Shown here one piece after another: positions 1 through 14,337 of a stretch of 64,000 nucleotides of DNA. The DNA is from Pavona decussata. Taxonomy: Eukaryota. The number at the start of each line of letters is the position of its first letter. The stretch's first letter is position 1. The stretch lies in contig CDRNST010000293.1 of assembly GCA_977016875.1 (NCBI GenBank), forward strand, positions 1,426,001-1,490,000, in the 5' to 3' direction. The notes below the pieces were generated by a model. That model searched no databases. It was not told the origin of the DNA and saw only the letters and a program-made list of their open reading frames with translations. The position numbers and the translations under genes were made by a program.

Positions 1-1182
1 TGAGTCTATGGATCAGACGAAGCTCTTCATAATATAATATATGAATGGCCTAAGAGTGGTTCTACGTTTGAGTTTGTGGATAGGACGAAATACTACTACG
101 TAACCTTTCAAATGAAAGCTACTAAGCAGAAAACATTTCCGGAATATTTTGATGTACGAAGGAATATTCAAGTGCAAGTGTCCAGTTTTCAGGTGAAGTA
201 CAAGTGTGGAAGTATTCAAGTGTTAAGTGTACAGTGGTGCTGCTTGTTTTGCTGAATATATCTGGTCAATTCTGAGTAGTTTAGCCTGTGGATAACTTCT
301 GCCGTACTTTATTACGGTATTCCTGGTGCTATATGCTGCCCTGAAAGGTGTCTCTAAAATTTGACTCTGAAAACAAAATTTCTTAAGTACAGCCTTAAGG
401 TAGAATTGAGAAGCATTTTCCACTTGTGCTGATTTCCTGATTATTATGTTGCACTGTTTTGCACACTTTCATTCTAAATTTCCATTCCCTAAAACGTTTC
501 GGGAGTATAACGGTCAAAGTTGCACTTTTCTGTGATGATGGTAGTAATTTTCTGTGCGGCAGAAGATGCTCTTTACTTTTCAGTTTGTGCCTGGTAAATA
601 CTCAGTTCGTCTTTTTATCAGCATTATCGTGTAGTTCTGTTTACTATGCTGCATAATAATTTCACTTTCAATTTCTGAATGAAATGTTTACGACGGTTTT
701 GGGACCCAGTGAAAATTGTTTTTTTTTATTACTTTTCTTGGTGCTGCTTTTCTCGATCATTGAGATCAAGTCCCAGTTTTGGAGAGGCTGCAGAAGGATT
801 TCACCATTTAAGTGATATCTATTGCCATCAAATGACGTAGTTTTCTGAGCTGAAGGGATAAGCATTGTTGTTTAGTGCGCACTAGAATGGGAAGACATTG
901 AGTATGGACAGAACTGCTGAGGAAGTTTCATTGATGACATTTCCTGTGAAACATTGGTTCTGTAAGATTCGATAGCTCTTTCTTCTTGGTTGTTGTCTCA
1001 TATAAAAGGGAAAATGGTAACGAAATCCGAAATGGCAACATTTGACACCCAACGGAACACCCTTTTTACTTGATCTAACTGGGCAGGGCAGGTGGACCTG
1101 TTGGTTTTAAGCGTCAAACGGGCAACGTGAAAATTGAAGAGTGAATGTATCGTTAGCTCTAACGTCACTACTATTGTCTAAC

Positions 1183-4100
1183 CTTAGAAAAGGTGACTTT
1201 ATCACACTTGGTTTCTGTTGTCCACATTCCACTGAAAGTTAAACTTCCATGTGATATCCCTGGTTTGTCTTGGAAGGCCACCCAGTTGATTGTTCCTGTG
1301 CCATTTGTGGAGCCTGTTGCACGCTGACATAGCTGAAATCCTGACGTATTTATCTCGGTTGCCCAATAGGCAGGCGGTGAATGAACAATAGAGGAATCCT
1401 CATGACTCAGTGACACAAAAACTCGAACCTAAAAGTTGAAAGGTAGAAGAGTACAAGAACGTTGAGCAGGAGAGTAACGTCTTACAAATAAAGATGATTC
1501 GTTTGTTTGGATTTCACAAATTGAGGCCGGGAGCAATGCCAATGGAGGTTATACATTAATTTCCGCCCTCTTTACACAATCAAAAGAGTCTCAAAATAAT
1601 AACAACAACTATTCCGAAGTCTGCTTAGAAATATAACTATAGTAAAGCATGTATGATTGGAAAACAATCACTGTTTTTCTTTGACGTCGTCAAGAAGCTC
1701 AGTTGAATAGATTTTTCCGTGTATTGCGAGAGAACTTTTTAGGGGCCCCTTGTCACCATTCGCCATCACATGGCATCGTTTATTGTTTTATTTCAGTTTT
1801 GTTTTGTTTTCTCCTTAGCCATTCACTATCCCTGCCACGCTCTATTCCGAACGGTTTGTTTTTGCAGTTTTTGTCTTTTTGTCTAAGAATAAAATGACCC
1901 AACATAAAATAACTTGTAACCTTCTAAGAGACCATGCAACTTGATTCTACTGGAGCCTTATCGGTTTGGAAATACATGCAAGGAAACGTAGGCTAATGAC
2001 TGGTACACAATCACAGTTCTGTATTTCACAGGATTCGTGTGCTTTTTGCATGCTTTATTCACTCACGGATTACGAAGATTATCTTTACTTAACGTAACAA
2101 GGCAAGTGAAGAATTTTAGACTGAATGTTCCATTCATTTATTTGAGGTTCAATTGACGACTGTAACCCAGCAATGGCAAATATATTTTCCTTTTTCAAAC
2201 AATTCTGTCTCTCATTCGATGTAAAAACAAACTTATATTTGTCGGAATCAAGCGAAAATTTGTTTAATGTGTCCCATTAATCTGTGAAATAACATGAAAC
2301 GCAGCATCAAAATAGTAGGAAAACTAGATTTCCTGCTGTATATAAAACACCAAATTCCTTTCTAGTTGTTGGACACGGTATATTTCAATAGGGGAATTCG
2401 TTCGCATTACATATCCCTGGGGTTCGAAAAAAAGAAAATTAACTTCCCCAAGGATGTGATAAACAGCAAGTTGCCCCGGAATCACCATGAAGCTCGTTGT
2501 CATTCTTAGAGTTATAAACTTACCGTTCCCGATCCACTGAACGTCTGAGGGAATACCACATTTGAGCAACGTGGCAATGTACAGTGATCAGGTACATCAC
2601 AGCCGCTGTTGCAGTTCCACCCCTGTGGTGTCTCAGTTGAATTTATTCTTCCTCTCTGCATGGTGACACCTAAGGATTCAAAAGATAATCCGGTTGGAAG
2701 ATATTGTATTTAACGAGAGAATAGAGGGAAGGGGGTGGGGTGCTGTTAGTGGCAGTAAAGGTGCACCATACGGAAAGATAGTTAAAAATAATAATGATAA
2801 TTTAGTGGAATAAATTGTGCATCACAGAGAGCACCACGTACAGAAGTAAAACAAGCCAAAATCAATTTCTTATCATGTTACAGAACATGAAAGTAATCAT
2901 TGCACCATACTGTTTTGCAATCTGACAAGCTACTCGTGTAACAATGAACCCGAAATAGAACAAAACCTTTCAGTCTGCAAGTGAGAACTTGTACCAGCCC
3001 AGCAGGAAATCCCATTAATTGTTTTTAAAAGAGCAGAGGTCGCCAATTTGCTAGAAAGATATTAAGGCTACATAACCAAGTCACAACCGTTGAGATATAA
3101 TTGCCTCAATGAAGACTATTCCATTCCCAAATGATGATTGAGAATCCTTCCAAGCAGCGTTTACATATTCAATGTTTTTGACGAATGCCAAAATATTCTA
3201 GCCCACACTACACACTATTCATGAAACGTAAAACCCAGAATGTAAAACTCAAAATAGATTGAGACTTCAGAGAAGACTTTCTTAGTTGGCCATAAAATCC
3301 TGCAACCGTTTAGCAAAATTACATGGTATATTCTCACCGAATTTATTTAATTTCCACTGTTGAACTTCATAGGTGACGTATTTAGTGGCAAGACTATTAA
3401 ATTCGAAAGGGGGTGTGTACAGTCTTTATTTTGAGAACGCTATAGGAGGAAATATCTCCTCTAGTTGGTAAATATTCGCTATTCATTTAATGTACTCGGG
3501 ACGGAGAGAAGATTGTCTGCCAAAAGAATGCTCTTGTGCTGAAAGTTATGCTTCAAGAGGGTAAACCTATAAATAGGTTAACTACAAACGTGTTATCGTT
3601 GCCAATTTCAATGGATGCTGACATCTGTTGTGTTGCCAAGTAACTGCAAAACATGCTTGTCTATGCAACTTCAATTTTAGTTGTATTATTTTAACCAAGA
3701 GGTAAGTTAACTTTGCAAAAGTGAACTACACCAAACAAATAACGGAATTCGGTATCAATGTTGTCGGATCTTTCAAACGGAATTTAAGATTGGAATTCTC
3801 CAAGGACAGCGCAGGTTCGGTAAAACCCGGAAATCTCTGTACATATCCTTTTATAAATGGTACGAAAAGCTATTGTTTCATGAGTACTTCTAGAAGACGA
3901 CGGACATGTCTGAGAAAGAACTAAATTTCATCGCGTTTTATGTTTTTGTTTCGTCTTCGTGGCAATGCAAGAAAATTTGGGATCTTCGTGCGGTGGGAAA
4001 GAGGGGAGGGGGGGGGCGTGTCCTTGATGTCCATTTACTTAGTAAAATTCTAACATTTCCTCAAATTATCAACCAAAAACAGAAACTGAAGTCACAAAAG

Positions 4101-4289
4101 AATAATTGAAATACATGTTTAACTTTTCCTTGCAAACAAAATCTAAATTACGTCTCGAAAAGTCTCGGAACACTTCGATGTCTACGAATGCACATGAACG
4201 TTATGGTACTCTAGCTTACCTTTCACGGTAGATGCAAAATTCCCCAGGTATAAGAGAAACATCAATGCTGATATTTTCCAATGATCCAT
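1183..4289 (-). CDS. Copy A (5' part, continues off the left edge) of the secreted multi-lectin/Kazal/CTL/EGF/TLDc gene; exons 1-3
   Basis: Exons 4289-4220 (MDHWKISALMFLLYLGNFASTVK, signal-peptide-like, phase 1), 2669-2524 and 1428-1183 (VRVFVSLSHED...CDKVTFSK). All GT-AG, in frame, and the same lengths (70, 146, 246 nt) as in copy B. Confidence 0.88.
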
Positions 4290-4350
4290 CTTGCAGCAAT
4301 ATTGGGAAATCTAAAGGAGTAATCCTTGACTTGGACCTATACACGAGCTG

Positions 4351-4380
4351 TTTTATAACCCCTGTTTGACAACCCACGTG
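4351..4380 (-). promoter_or_regulatory. Putative core promoter of copy A: TATAAAA plus CACGTG E-box
   Basis: TATAAAA on the minus strand at 4351-4357, about 60 nt upstream of the ATG; CACGTG at 4375-4380. Both are conserved at 36791-36820 and 38354-38383. Confidence 0.55.
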
Positions 4381-5730
4381 ATTTCTCATACGTTAGCAAG
4401 GGTGTATCAATTCCTCTAAAACAATGATGGCATTTTTACAAGTAAACTAATGAAGAAATAAAATCTTGGCATAGACACCTCACCTGTGACATTTTTTGGC
4501 AGCGCAAATTTTAACACCTCACATTTTGTTTGGAAGGATAAAAAATATGGCTTTATTGTCTGCATGAACAAAAAAAATTCATTATTAATAATATCGTGCA
4601 ATTTGTACTGTTTTACTAATCAAAGTATTGACCATTTTAAAGCGCGAGATAACACAGCTAGAAAAGAAGTTTTCCCGCCTTAATTTGGAAGAGCGCAAGG
4701 CATTCTGGACGACATCTGCTTATAAACATAGCACTGAAACTGAAGTTGTTTCAGCGCAATTTAAGTACCACTTAATCATAACAGCTAATAGATTTGTGAT
4801 AAGATAACTGAGCAGCTTAATGTAAGAATAGATTTTATATCACAATGTATCACGTGAGAATCATTTGCCGGTCTGGTGGACACTCACTTACTCCGCCTGT
4901 CCCTTGTTTTCTCTTTGTGAGTTCTTCACTTTCTCCTACCCCTCCCGTGTATTTTCAGCTCCCTCCTTTTCCTCTGTGGTTCAAGTCTCATTGCCTCTAT
5001 TTTTGCTGTTGCAAAGAATTGGGCAAGGCTCCCATTTTTTTTTCACATATCCGTATCAACGTCACTTTTGATATTCTGCATCTTGTGTACCCTTTTCCTC
5101 CCTCAGTCGACTTCTCTCTCTCTCTCTCTTTCTCGTTTGGGTTACCACCCCCTGTTCTCCTCATAAAGTAAACATTCATGAATGTGACCCTTGTCGTTAG
5201 ACCGTGAAGTGTATTAAATTTAGTCTCATTTCTCTAGTACAATAGAAAAAGTCAACTTGCGACCCTTATTGTCTGTAAATACCATAAACAATACTTCAGG
5301 ATTCTAAATGGCAAACACATATCACGAATAAATGTTTAAGTGGCAATATTTTCATTCTCGTTGTCGTTATTTTATTATGCGCAGTAAAACTATCTGTATG
5401 CACAGTATCAGAAAGCAACACAGGGCGCATAGCGTAACCTGTGAGCCAAGCGAAACTTAAAATAGCAGGTGAATAAATCAATAAAATATATATATGTATA
5501 TATATTTTATTGATTTTATTTAAAAGTCATAGTCCAGATGTCTGGAAATCTAAAACTCATAAAAATAACTATTCATGGCCTAAGATTGGTCTATCAATCT
5601 TGGTATAATATAACATTATCATGTTACTACTTTGAAAGTTCTTGCAATGTTCAGCGTCGCCGATAAAACTGCCTTCTGCATTCCCTCTAAGACTTTAGTA
5701 GTCTTTCGCCCAACCAGTGATCGCACACTA

Positions 5731-5799
<69 letters not shown>

Positions 5800-5800
5800 T
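5731..5800. repeat. (ATT)n microsatellite
   Basis: Pure att/tta run of about 70 bp. Confidence 0.95.
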
Positions 5801-6759
5801 AAATGACTCGCCTTTTCTGAAAGTTGACATTACGATCCCACTTTAAAGAAAGTTTCGCCCAGAAACTGTTAATAAGAGTCCCTAAAACACAAATAAAGTG
5901 ACAGACATTTCCTTTTAGGAACTTTAGCTTCAGCAAAACATATGTTCCTCTGCATTCTAAGGAAATCTGTCCCACTTTGTTTGATATCAGAAAGAGAGCG
6001 GAAGGCTGGCAGATGTCAGCCGTAACTTATTTATAAGTGACCGTAGATGACAGTACACTTAATTTGGTTATTTTGATGAGGATTCCGCCCAGCTTTGCAC
6101 GTGCTCAACTTTTGTTCTAGAGAAGAACGGTATTTTACTATGGATATTGTCTGTTTATATCTCTGTCAACTAATGGCAACAGGTTAATTGCCAGACGAGC
6201 ATTGTTCTGCTGAAAGTTATTTTTGTCACCGTAAAGTAAAATCAAAGCCATAGGTAACGTTTTAATCGTCTGTTTTGTCAACTGTCACTTTCACTATTCA
6301 AGTGAATTACAAAGTAAGCCTCTCGACTTTGGCTAATTGATTACAAACTGAATTATGGCGACGCCGATCATAACAATTTTTATAAGCTGCAGCGCTGACA
6401 TCACGTATAGCAAGTCAGAACTTGCTCAAGCTACTTTAGTATTTTTGTCCAGTACTTGAACTCAGAGGTCAGTAAACTTTGCGAAAATAAAAATAGCTGC
6501 ACGAAACGAAACAAGAACTTTCTTTGACAATGGAGTATGTTGTTATTTTGTAATCGAAATAAAGCTGTCATTCTATTAAGAACTTGTCTAAGTAGGATAT
6601 ATCCTCTTCGCACGGAGGGCTTTCTGAAATTAATCAAATTAAAAAATACTTCTTCATTAACTTAACGTGATGAAAGGTGTCTTAGACATTTTTGAAGTTA
6701 CGATCAAATAGATTAAATAACTAACCGAAAAGCAGTGCTTGAGATTTATTTGTTTTAGG

Positions 6760-6793
<34 letters not shown>

Positions 6794-7057
6794 TAGTCAA
6801 GTTTACTTTTCATGTGACATGAAAAGGCAGACGTGTTGATATTTCTTCCGCACGGTTATTGTTTAATAGCCACAAAATCATTGCGGAAATTGATATTGTT
6901 ACACTAAACTTCGGTTAATTCAGCTGACCCTCAGCGGTTTGCTGAAAGAAACACTGTCTAGTGAAACAGGAAAAGCGGTCAGCAGATGGAAAATAAAGTA
7001 TCCTCTCCCCAAAACACAAAACTGAAACAATTTCCGCCACGGTCTGATTATTATTAT

Positions 7058-7311
7058 TAACTCTCGACTTGCGGACACCTCGCTATTACGGAAACCCCAG
7101 TAATGCGGACAGCAGCTAAATCCCCGGCAAAAATTAAACTACCGTATTTTCTCGATTAAACGCACCCGGGGTTTTTTCGACGCCGGCGTTTAATCGAGAA
7201 AATATGGTACAAACGTTTAACTGAAATAAATTCCCGCTATAACGGATTCTTTCTACTAAGGACACTAACTTGCGGTCCCGAGGATGTCCGCATTAAAGGG
7301 AGTTGACTATA
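7058..7311. mobile_element. MITE (AACTC...GAGTTGACT ends) with a small palindromic MITE nested at ~7140-7209
   Basis: Inner element has TACCGTATTTTCTCGATTAAACG / CGTTTAATCGAGAAAATATGGTA inverted ends. The whole block is absent at the equivalent site of the second unit (~40680). Confidence 0.55.
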
Positions 7312-7854
7312 AATAGGGCAGGGATGCGGGAAAAGTGAAGGGGGAGGAAGTCAATTTGGACATCTCGATTTCCCATACTCTTTTTATTAACATCCCTGGC
7401 ATCTGTTGCCAGGTTCTCGCTTCAATCCCTGTTCTCCGGTTTAAGTGTCAGCAAATACTTGAGGCTGTTCATAATATTTTGCTATTTAACGTACCTGGAC
7501 CCAGTTTCTTTGTTCAACGGACTGCACTTAAATCCTTATTTCTAATTTCAAGGCCTTAAAGGACTTACACGTGTTATGAGTAATTGATGTCTAAGCCGAA
7601 TTATTTTCTTTCCCTGTATCCTGGAAGTTCACATTAGTGACTCGCCATAAGACAAAAAATTCGCAGGTTTGACAATTACGTAAAATTCTAACTTTTGAGA
7701 AAAACTTTTTAAAAGTTGAAGTTTTCGTTCAACAGGAATGTTAATACGAAATATGTGACTAAAAATGCCTTAAACCGTCCAAAAGCATAGTTCACACACT
7801 CTGCCTCCTTCCTCTTGTCTTTGCTTTATCTTTGCTTTTTCTTAGGCCCCTCAG

Positions 7855-8162
7855 TACAGTCAACTTCATTTTTTGCGGACACTGTCGGGATCGCGAGTTA
7901 GTGTCCTTAATAGCGAGAGACCGAAATAGCGGGAATTTATTTCAACCAAACGTCTGTAGTTTATTTTTGCCGGGGGTTTAGCTGCTGTCCGTAATAGCGA
8001 GGCGTCCGCAAGGCGAGAGTTGACTGTAGCGAGAGGCCGTAACAGCGGGAATTTATTTCAGTCAAACGTCTGTAGTGTATTTTTGCCGGGGATTTCGCTG
8101 CTGTCCGTATTATCAGGGTGTACGTAATAGCGAGGTGTCTGCAAGGCGATAGTTGATTGTAG
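7855..8162. mobile_element. Tc1/mariner-type MITE(s) (TA-CAGTCAAC...GTTGA(T/C)TG-TA) with internal duplication
   Basis: TA-flanked inverted termini; homologous copy at ~41385-41707. Confidence 0.6.
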
Positions 8163-8878
8163 TTTTCTTCTCTTTTTTTCTGTTCTTTCCTCTGTGCCAG
8201 GTGAACAGGCGCCTGATCCTGTTGCCTGCTTCCGATTTTTGTAAATTTTCCTGGGGGAATGCCTAGAGCATTAAAAGCTTCAAAACAGCAGAAGTGCCAA
8301 TGTTGAAGGGTGCAACAGCACCATATAGACCCATTTCAAGAATTTCTCGCCCAACATACACTTCCTTAGGGATATGTTGCGGTATCATACCGTTCAAAGC
8401 CTTGTTCCGGTTTTGGGTTTTCCCATGCAAACACTTTTCCAGCAAGGTGTCATCACTCAGTCTCACGTACTGTGTTTAACTTTAGCAATAACTTGCAAGG
8501 GAAGTCCAGGTCCATGTTTATAGAGACTTGTCCTGTTCGCTTTATCTTGCTGGTACTCGCACCAACTTGTGCTGCCAGTGGGAAGGGACTCGCGGGAAGC
8601 ACAGTGGATGAGACTGGCATAGATGGCTTCTTTTCACTCAAGCCAAATTCCCCACATTTTCCCGAACAGCAATTCCATGATAATTTTGAAGCTTGTCAAC
8701 TGTTCTATCAGTTAGTTCCCCCCTTCCTCCCATGCCTGGGTTTTCGTGCTTCAACTTTCGAAGCGCTGTGTCCACCCTTTTCTGCACATGACCAATGCAC
8801 CTTTTTTTTCAACAGTAATTCCAGAAGCTTGATACACATTCTGTACTCTACTAAAACTTGCTATCACCCTCTTCATAA

Positions 8879-11800
8879 AGCCTGGTTTACACGTACGACG
8901 CAAACGTGAGCAGAAGCACAAGCAGAAGCACAAGAAACCTACGTGTAAACCGGTGCGACGCAAGCATAAGCGCCTCGTGCTTGCACTTGTGCTTATGCTT
9001 GCGTCGTCCCGGTTTACACATACGACGCAACGACGCAAGCATCAGCACAAGCGTAAGAAAAGAAAAATGAAAAACAGTGACAAGTTGTCAGCTAATCTCG
9101 TTCCCCGATCTCAGTAGTCGGTTCGGGAATGTCGAAATGTGAGATCTGGTAAAGTTCGATACAACGCCATTTCTGGTTGGTTACCTGAGTTAAGAATGCC
9201 TCATTCTAATCTGCTCTGTGATTGGCTCTTTCCTTCTGTGTTTGGTTTTCGCTCAGTTCGTGGAAGAAACAAAATCACAAACACGGAACACGGAAAAGTC
9301 TTCGCCCCGATGAAGATTGTCATGCGACGTTTAAATACATACATGCCGTTTGTGTGGGGAGAGAACAGTGAGAAATTGTATTTTCGGTAGGCAACAGCGA
9401 CTTTAGCCGAAAAGAGTTTGCAGTAAACGTTCAAACGGCCTTTCCAAATTACACCAGTTTCCAACACGATGGACTTTTACGAAAAATGGAGGTAGGTCAT
9501 ATTTTATTTTATATTTCTTTTGTTGTATTTCTTGACAAAAAATGATTACATGTTTAGTAAACGCCAATTAATTTCCCCGAAATACCTTTCCTTGAGGTTG
9601 CTGAACACGCGCGCCGCGTTTGCTAGCATAGTTTTAGTTTTTGTCTTCTGCTAAAAGACTATTTTTCTTCTATTGATTGGACTGGACTCTGAGTAAGAGA
9701 CTTAATAATAAAATATTAGTCCTTTCACGCCAGTGTGCTTATTCCTTCAAGATCCATACAACATCTCTCATAGGACTACTTTTGAGAAATTGATAGAGTG
9801 TCCACACAATAATATTATTCCTTTGGTGTAATCAATATCCCTTCCACCCTTCAGCTAAAACAAATGAAAAATGCCTGACTTATGACTGCCCAAAAAATAG
9901 TAATGAAACCCATACCACAAAAGAAAACACCTTGTCCTCTTTATGTAAGTGTAGTAAGTTTAATTTTATCCCCTCTCCCCCACCTACTGCATTAAAAAAA
10001 ACTAGGACCCAAAATATGAAACTAGCCTTCCTCTGTTTAAATCAAAATAGGGACATTGGCTTTCATGTCTGCACCACCTTATGTTTTGCAGGTCGATACT
10101 TGTGCTAGGCTTTAGAAAAGAAGTAGTTTTAAAAGGAGGACATGCCTCTTTGGATTTGACATCACTTATGGTTCTTAGAATCTTTTTGCCATGTTCTTTT
10201 CTTCAAGGTAGGGGAGTTTCTCCATTATTTTATCATTAGTATGGATTCCTTGAAGTACTAAACACACTTCATTTGCTACTTCCATTGTTAATCCTGAGCA
10301 CATTCTCTGATACAAATAGTTATCACTGGCCTCAATTTCTCCTTTATTTCTTGTTAATATGCCTTTATTTCTTCCACCTGATTTCCAGGGAGAAGCAAGT
10401 TCCTAAAGTTCCTATCAGTGATGTAAATATCTTCAAGGGCTAAAACAGCTGGACACTGCTCAACACATAATTAAGAGCAATGACAGTCATTTCGGGCAAA
10501 GGCTTTCACAACAGCTGCATTTCTCACACAAAAGCCCAAACAAAAGTGTTTAAGCAAAAGGCTGCACAGCTTTCTGGGGTGGTTACACTAATCTGTCATA
10601 ATGGGTTGCATTTATTCAATATTTGCACCAATATTATTAAAGTAAAGTTTTGATGTAGAAGGCTTCCCATCTCTTCCACTTTCTTGGAAAAACACCTTCC
10701 ATAGTTTGGGGAAGACCAAAATGAATAAATTAGTATCGTTCCAACTCAAGGAGAATCAAACCCCATTCCCAAAGCCATTGTGGCAAATAATATTCATGGT
10801 CAGTCTGTAGAGAATGAGTGAGAGCTAAAAGTCCATTTTGAGGAATTTGGGGAGACGCAATGAGGTAGAACTGGTGATCCCCAAGCTTTCCATCTAAAAA
10901 GGCACATCCAACTCCACACAGTACTACTGATGAGTAAATAATAGACAGGCTTAATTTTTAACATTGGTGGTGACAGGTGCATCCTCTATGGGCGAAAATA
11001 TTTAATCAAACTGGTCAACATTGCTTTGTGTTAAGATAGGAGAGCCTTTGTAGCACTCCATAAATTTTTCATATTAAAACTTTGTATGATTGTAGTTTGG
11101 TTGTTTTTCTGTTTTTCTGCAACAATCTTAGCTGTAGGAAATACTGAGGAAAGTGTTCCTAGTTTGCTGTACTTTGAAGTTGTGCCCCCTGAACAAAGAT
11201 GCAATTAATAAAAAAAAACATAGTCATTGTCTGGGATGTTGTTATTCTTTCCATTAGAATAAGACAATATAATTACCAGTAAATGGATTACGAGAAGGCT
11301 GAATCAAAAGGGATTCTCAAGTAACTAAGCCCTTTTTGACGGGTGGGGTGGTGGAAGGACGAACCATAAAAGAAGCTGCGATAATCACTGACAATATGGC
11401 TCGTATTTATTAGCTTTTAACCTTTAAGCCTCAGTGTCAACATACATTTTCTCCTTGCTGGTCTCTACATGTCCATTTTTCATAGTAGCATTATAAGAGG
11501 GTTCCTGAAATATCAAAAAATTTCACTATTGGTGATCTCATGATCTCTCCTTGATTGTGCATTGATATTATTAGGAGAAATTTGATACTGATCACTACTG
11601 GGGCTTAAAGGTTCAAGGTTCACTGTTCTGATATTTTTTATGCGCTTGTGTGAAAAGTCTTTGAACATAATTTTGTGTTGCTGGTCTTAATATTAAGAAA
11701 ATATAGGACGTGGCATGCATGGGTGCAAATATCAATGCAAGAATTTTTTTTTGCTCAAGGAATTGGCATCAACAAGGAATTTTCATTCAAGACAGACACC

Positions 11801-12650
11801 GTTTTCAAAGTTTTTTTCCTCCACCACTTTTCTACAGTGGGTTTGTGTCTCACAGTTTGATTAAATTCTGTTAGTTCCTGGCTATGGAAGGCCATCAGGT
11901 TATGGAAAACTTAAGGATGGTTACTGAAGATCAGATTACTGTGATAGCTGTTTTGCTGCAGAAATGGGTGACAGTTCATTTGAGCATACAGACATGCACA
12001 GAAAAAAAATAGTGGAAATATTTTTTTTTTATTTGTTTTATATTTATCCCCCATTTGCTACTTTTATGAGCCCAAAAGACCTTCACACCTTCCTACTATT
12101 ATTATTATTTTTTTTTTTGCTAAAATCAAGGACCCCATCAGAGGTGAGTGTCCATGTACCTGCTTTGAACATAAAGAACCTCCTATTATTAGTGTATCAT
12201 CCTCTATGCATGTACAAATAAAACAAATTATACTCAGTACAACAATGATTATTTAAGCAGCTCACTGTGCCTTGCAAATCAAACGCAGATGATGACTTTT
12301 GTTCCTCATATCAAGAGTCAAATATTATTACACATGTGTATTGTGGTTCTAATTTTCGAGTCGGTGGACTCCGAAGTGTAAAATTATAACCTTTCGAACT
12401 TTACCAGATCTCCCCTCCGCCTGACCGTGGGAGATCTGGGTACGAGATTAGTTGTCAGTGTACATTCTAATCCGCCATGTTGGAATCAAATCTCGCGCCA
12501 AAATGCAGTCCGGCCGCGCGATTGTGCCACATTTTTATGCTTCTGCGCTTTCGTAGGTCACCTTGTGCTTATGCTTATCACACGTGTAAACGTCCTTGTG
12601 CTTATGCTTGTGCTTACGCTAATGCTTGCGTCGTACGTGTAAACCTGGCT
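8879..12650. mobile_element. PIF/Harbinger-like non-autonomous element, split by a nested insertion
   Basis: TIRs AGCCTGGTTTACACGTACGACGCAA / TTGCGTCGTACGTGTAAACCTGGCT; TAA duplication at 8876-8878 and 12651-12653; inserted into the transposase frame just before GDSK. Confidence 0.8.
9093..12450 (-). mobile_element. AcademH-like DNA transposon relic carrying a decayed RecQ-type helicase
   Basis: Termini TAATCTCGT.CCC.GATCTC / GAGATCTGGGTACGAGATTA; 9-bp target duplication gttgtcagc/gttgtcagt. Frameshifted minus-strand motifs ILFATMALGMGFD (~10760-10795) and IHFGLPQTME..QESGRDG (~10660-10730) match RecQ motifs V/VI. Confidence 0.75.
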
Positions 12651-14337
12651 TAATATTCTGTATACTGCAAATGATGTAGTTCCACAGATCGCCTGAAAAT
12701 GTGGTCCTTGTAGAAAATGTCGCACGTGCCCCCGAACAAATTGCAACAACAAAGCGAGTTTCAACTGCAAGGTCTTTAAAGTTTACCGACAAATAGGGTA
12801 ATATTTCGGTTTCCTCCACACCGACAAGGTCGACAAGATTGAAGGCGAAGCTTGATGAATATTAAAGCGACTTTGCGTAACCAGTCGGCAAATTGACGAA
12901 AATATCGCTATTTCCCGTCCTAAATTCTTTGATTGCAGTCAGTTGATAGGCATTTAAACGAGAAATTTTGAAAGTGTGCTCAAAGCTCACGTAAGCTCGG
13001 TCAAGTTCTGTCTCCGCCGTGATTTTTTTTCATTATTCCCACGAGACGCGTTCTGAGGTAATGGTTAGTCTTCCAGATTTTAGAAGGTTCACTGTGATTG
13101 GCTTAGCGGCGGAAAGGAATGTGGCGTTTGGGTAAACAAGCGTTTGTGGGGAAGAGGTAATACGAGTCCCCTAAAAACGACTGCGTGGGAGGGTAATAGC
13201 GCGGCAGCAGTACCGTATTTCAGAACCAAAGAAAACAAAAATCTGTTTAGGTTTGTAGCTAAGAATCGACATTGTGACAGACGTAACATTTAGCGTGGTA
13301 TTATAAGATTTTTCATTAAAATTATTAAATTGTCAGCACATTGTAGATTTTGATTCCGTAAGAACCCGCAGAGGTGATTGAGCACATATATCGTCAGCTT
13401 GAGTACTTAACGAACTGACTTCATCTTCAAGCACAGCAGAACTGTTTTCTCCATCTACACAGCCTTCGTGGATGTAATTCCTGCAATTTGTGAACTATTC
13501 CCGAAAAATTTTCATTTTCTTTCGTCTTTGAGAAGCGACAGCGGGGATTCAAAAACCAAAATGGCGGCGATGAGTTCAAATAAAACCAAAACGAGGTCAG
13601 AAGCTTAGGCTAGGTCCCAGTCTCCCAAAGGAGAAATAAGATGAAAATTCAAAGGAAATTTCGGATATTTTGCCGCGTTTCCGACCCGCAAAGTGACCAG
13701 AAAACACGTTAACAAACAAACCTGTTTCCACGGCGGCAACGAAATGACATAACCTTCTTTAAGCTGAGAGGCATTTTAACACAAGATATTGGGACAAAAA
13801 CCCGTCCATAAATGAAAACAAAGCATAAAAGATTTCAAATTAATGGAGAAAACTTTTTTTTACCAACACTTGCAATTTTTTTTTAGGTACATGCCAGCTG
13901 TGTAACTGCCATCTTTATTGATACAGGGGAGGTGGTTGATTTTTAGGCCTTTAGCTAGGCATGTAAGAAGTGTTAGCTATATGAACATTTAGACAAGAAC
14001 AGTGAGGAATACTGGAGATGGATGAATTCATGTTGTTGCAGTGGCAGCCCAATTTGTGGATAGTGATGACCGCCAAGAACTAAAGAAAATGAAACCATCA
14101 GTCCGGAAATGGCAATATCGTGTCCTTGCTCTAGCGGGGATAGGAAAGGGATGGAGTGGGGAGGGTGACAGTGGAGTGGGGAGGGGTACTTGCCACTTTG
14201 TCAGGCATAAAAGTTTGCAGAGTAAATAATTGGAAAATAAGGCAACAAGCATATCTTCTACAGAGCGTCCTTAATTTCCACGCATTCTTCAATTGAATGA
14301 AAGAGGGAAGAGGGAGGGGATGGTGGAGGTGAAGAGA

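Larger units (their letters stand above)
7556..13890 (-). mobile_element. Degenerate Kolobok/Mutator-like DDE transposon (C-terminal transposase remnant at ~8230-8875), interrupted by nested elements
   Basis: Minus-strand remnants GDSK.., C(I)GHVQK and LLEKCLHGKTQN.N.ALNGMI...PK. Left end is TTAA-AGGACTTACAC. The right end was not identified, so that boundary is approximate. Confidence 0.65.

Noticed and set aside
4416-7559. Short ORF-track ORFs in spacer regions
   Set aside because: Low complexity, no recognisable domains, and frames not preserved in the duplicated unit.
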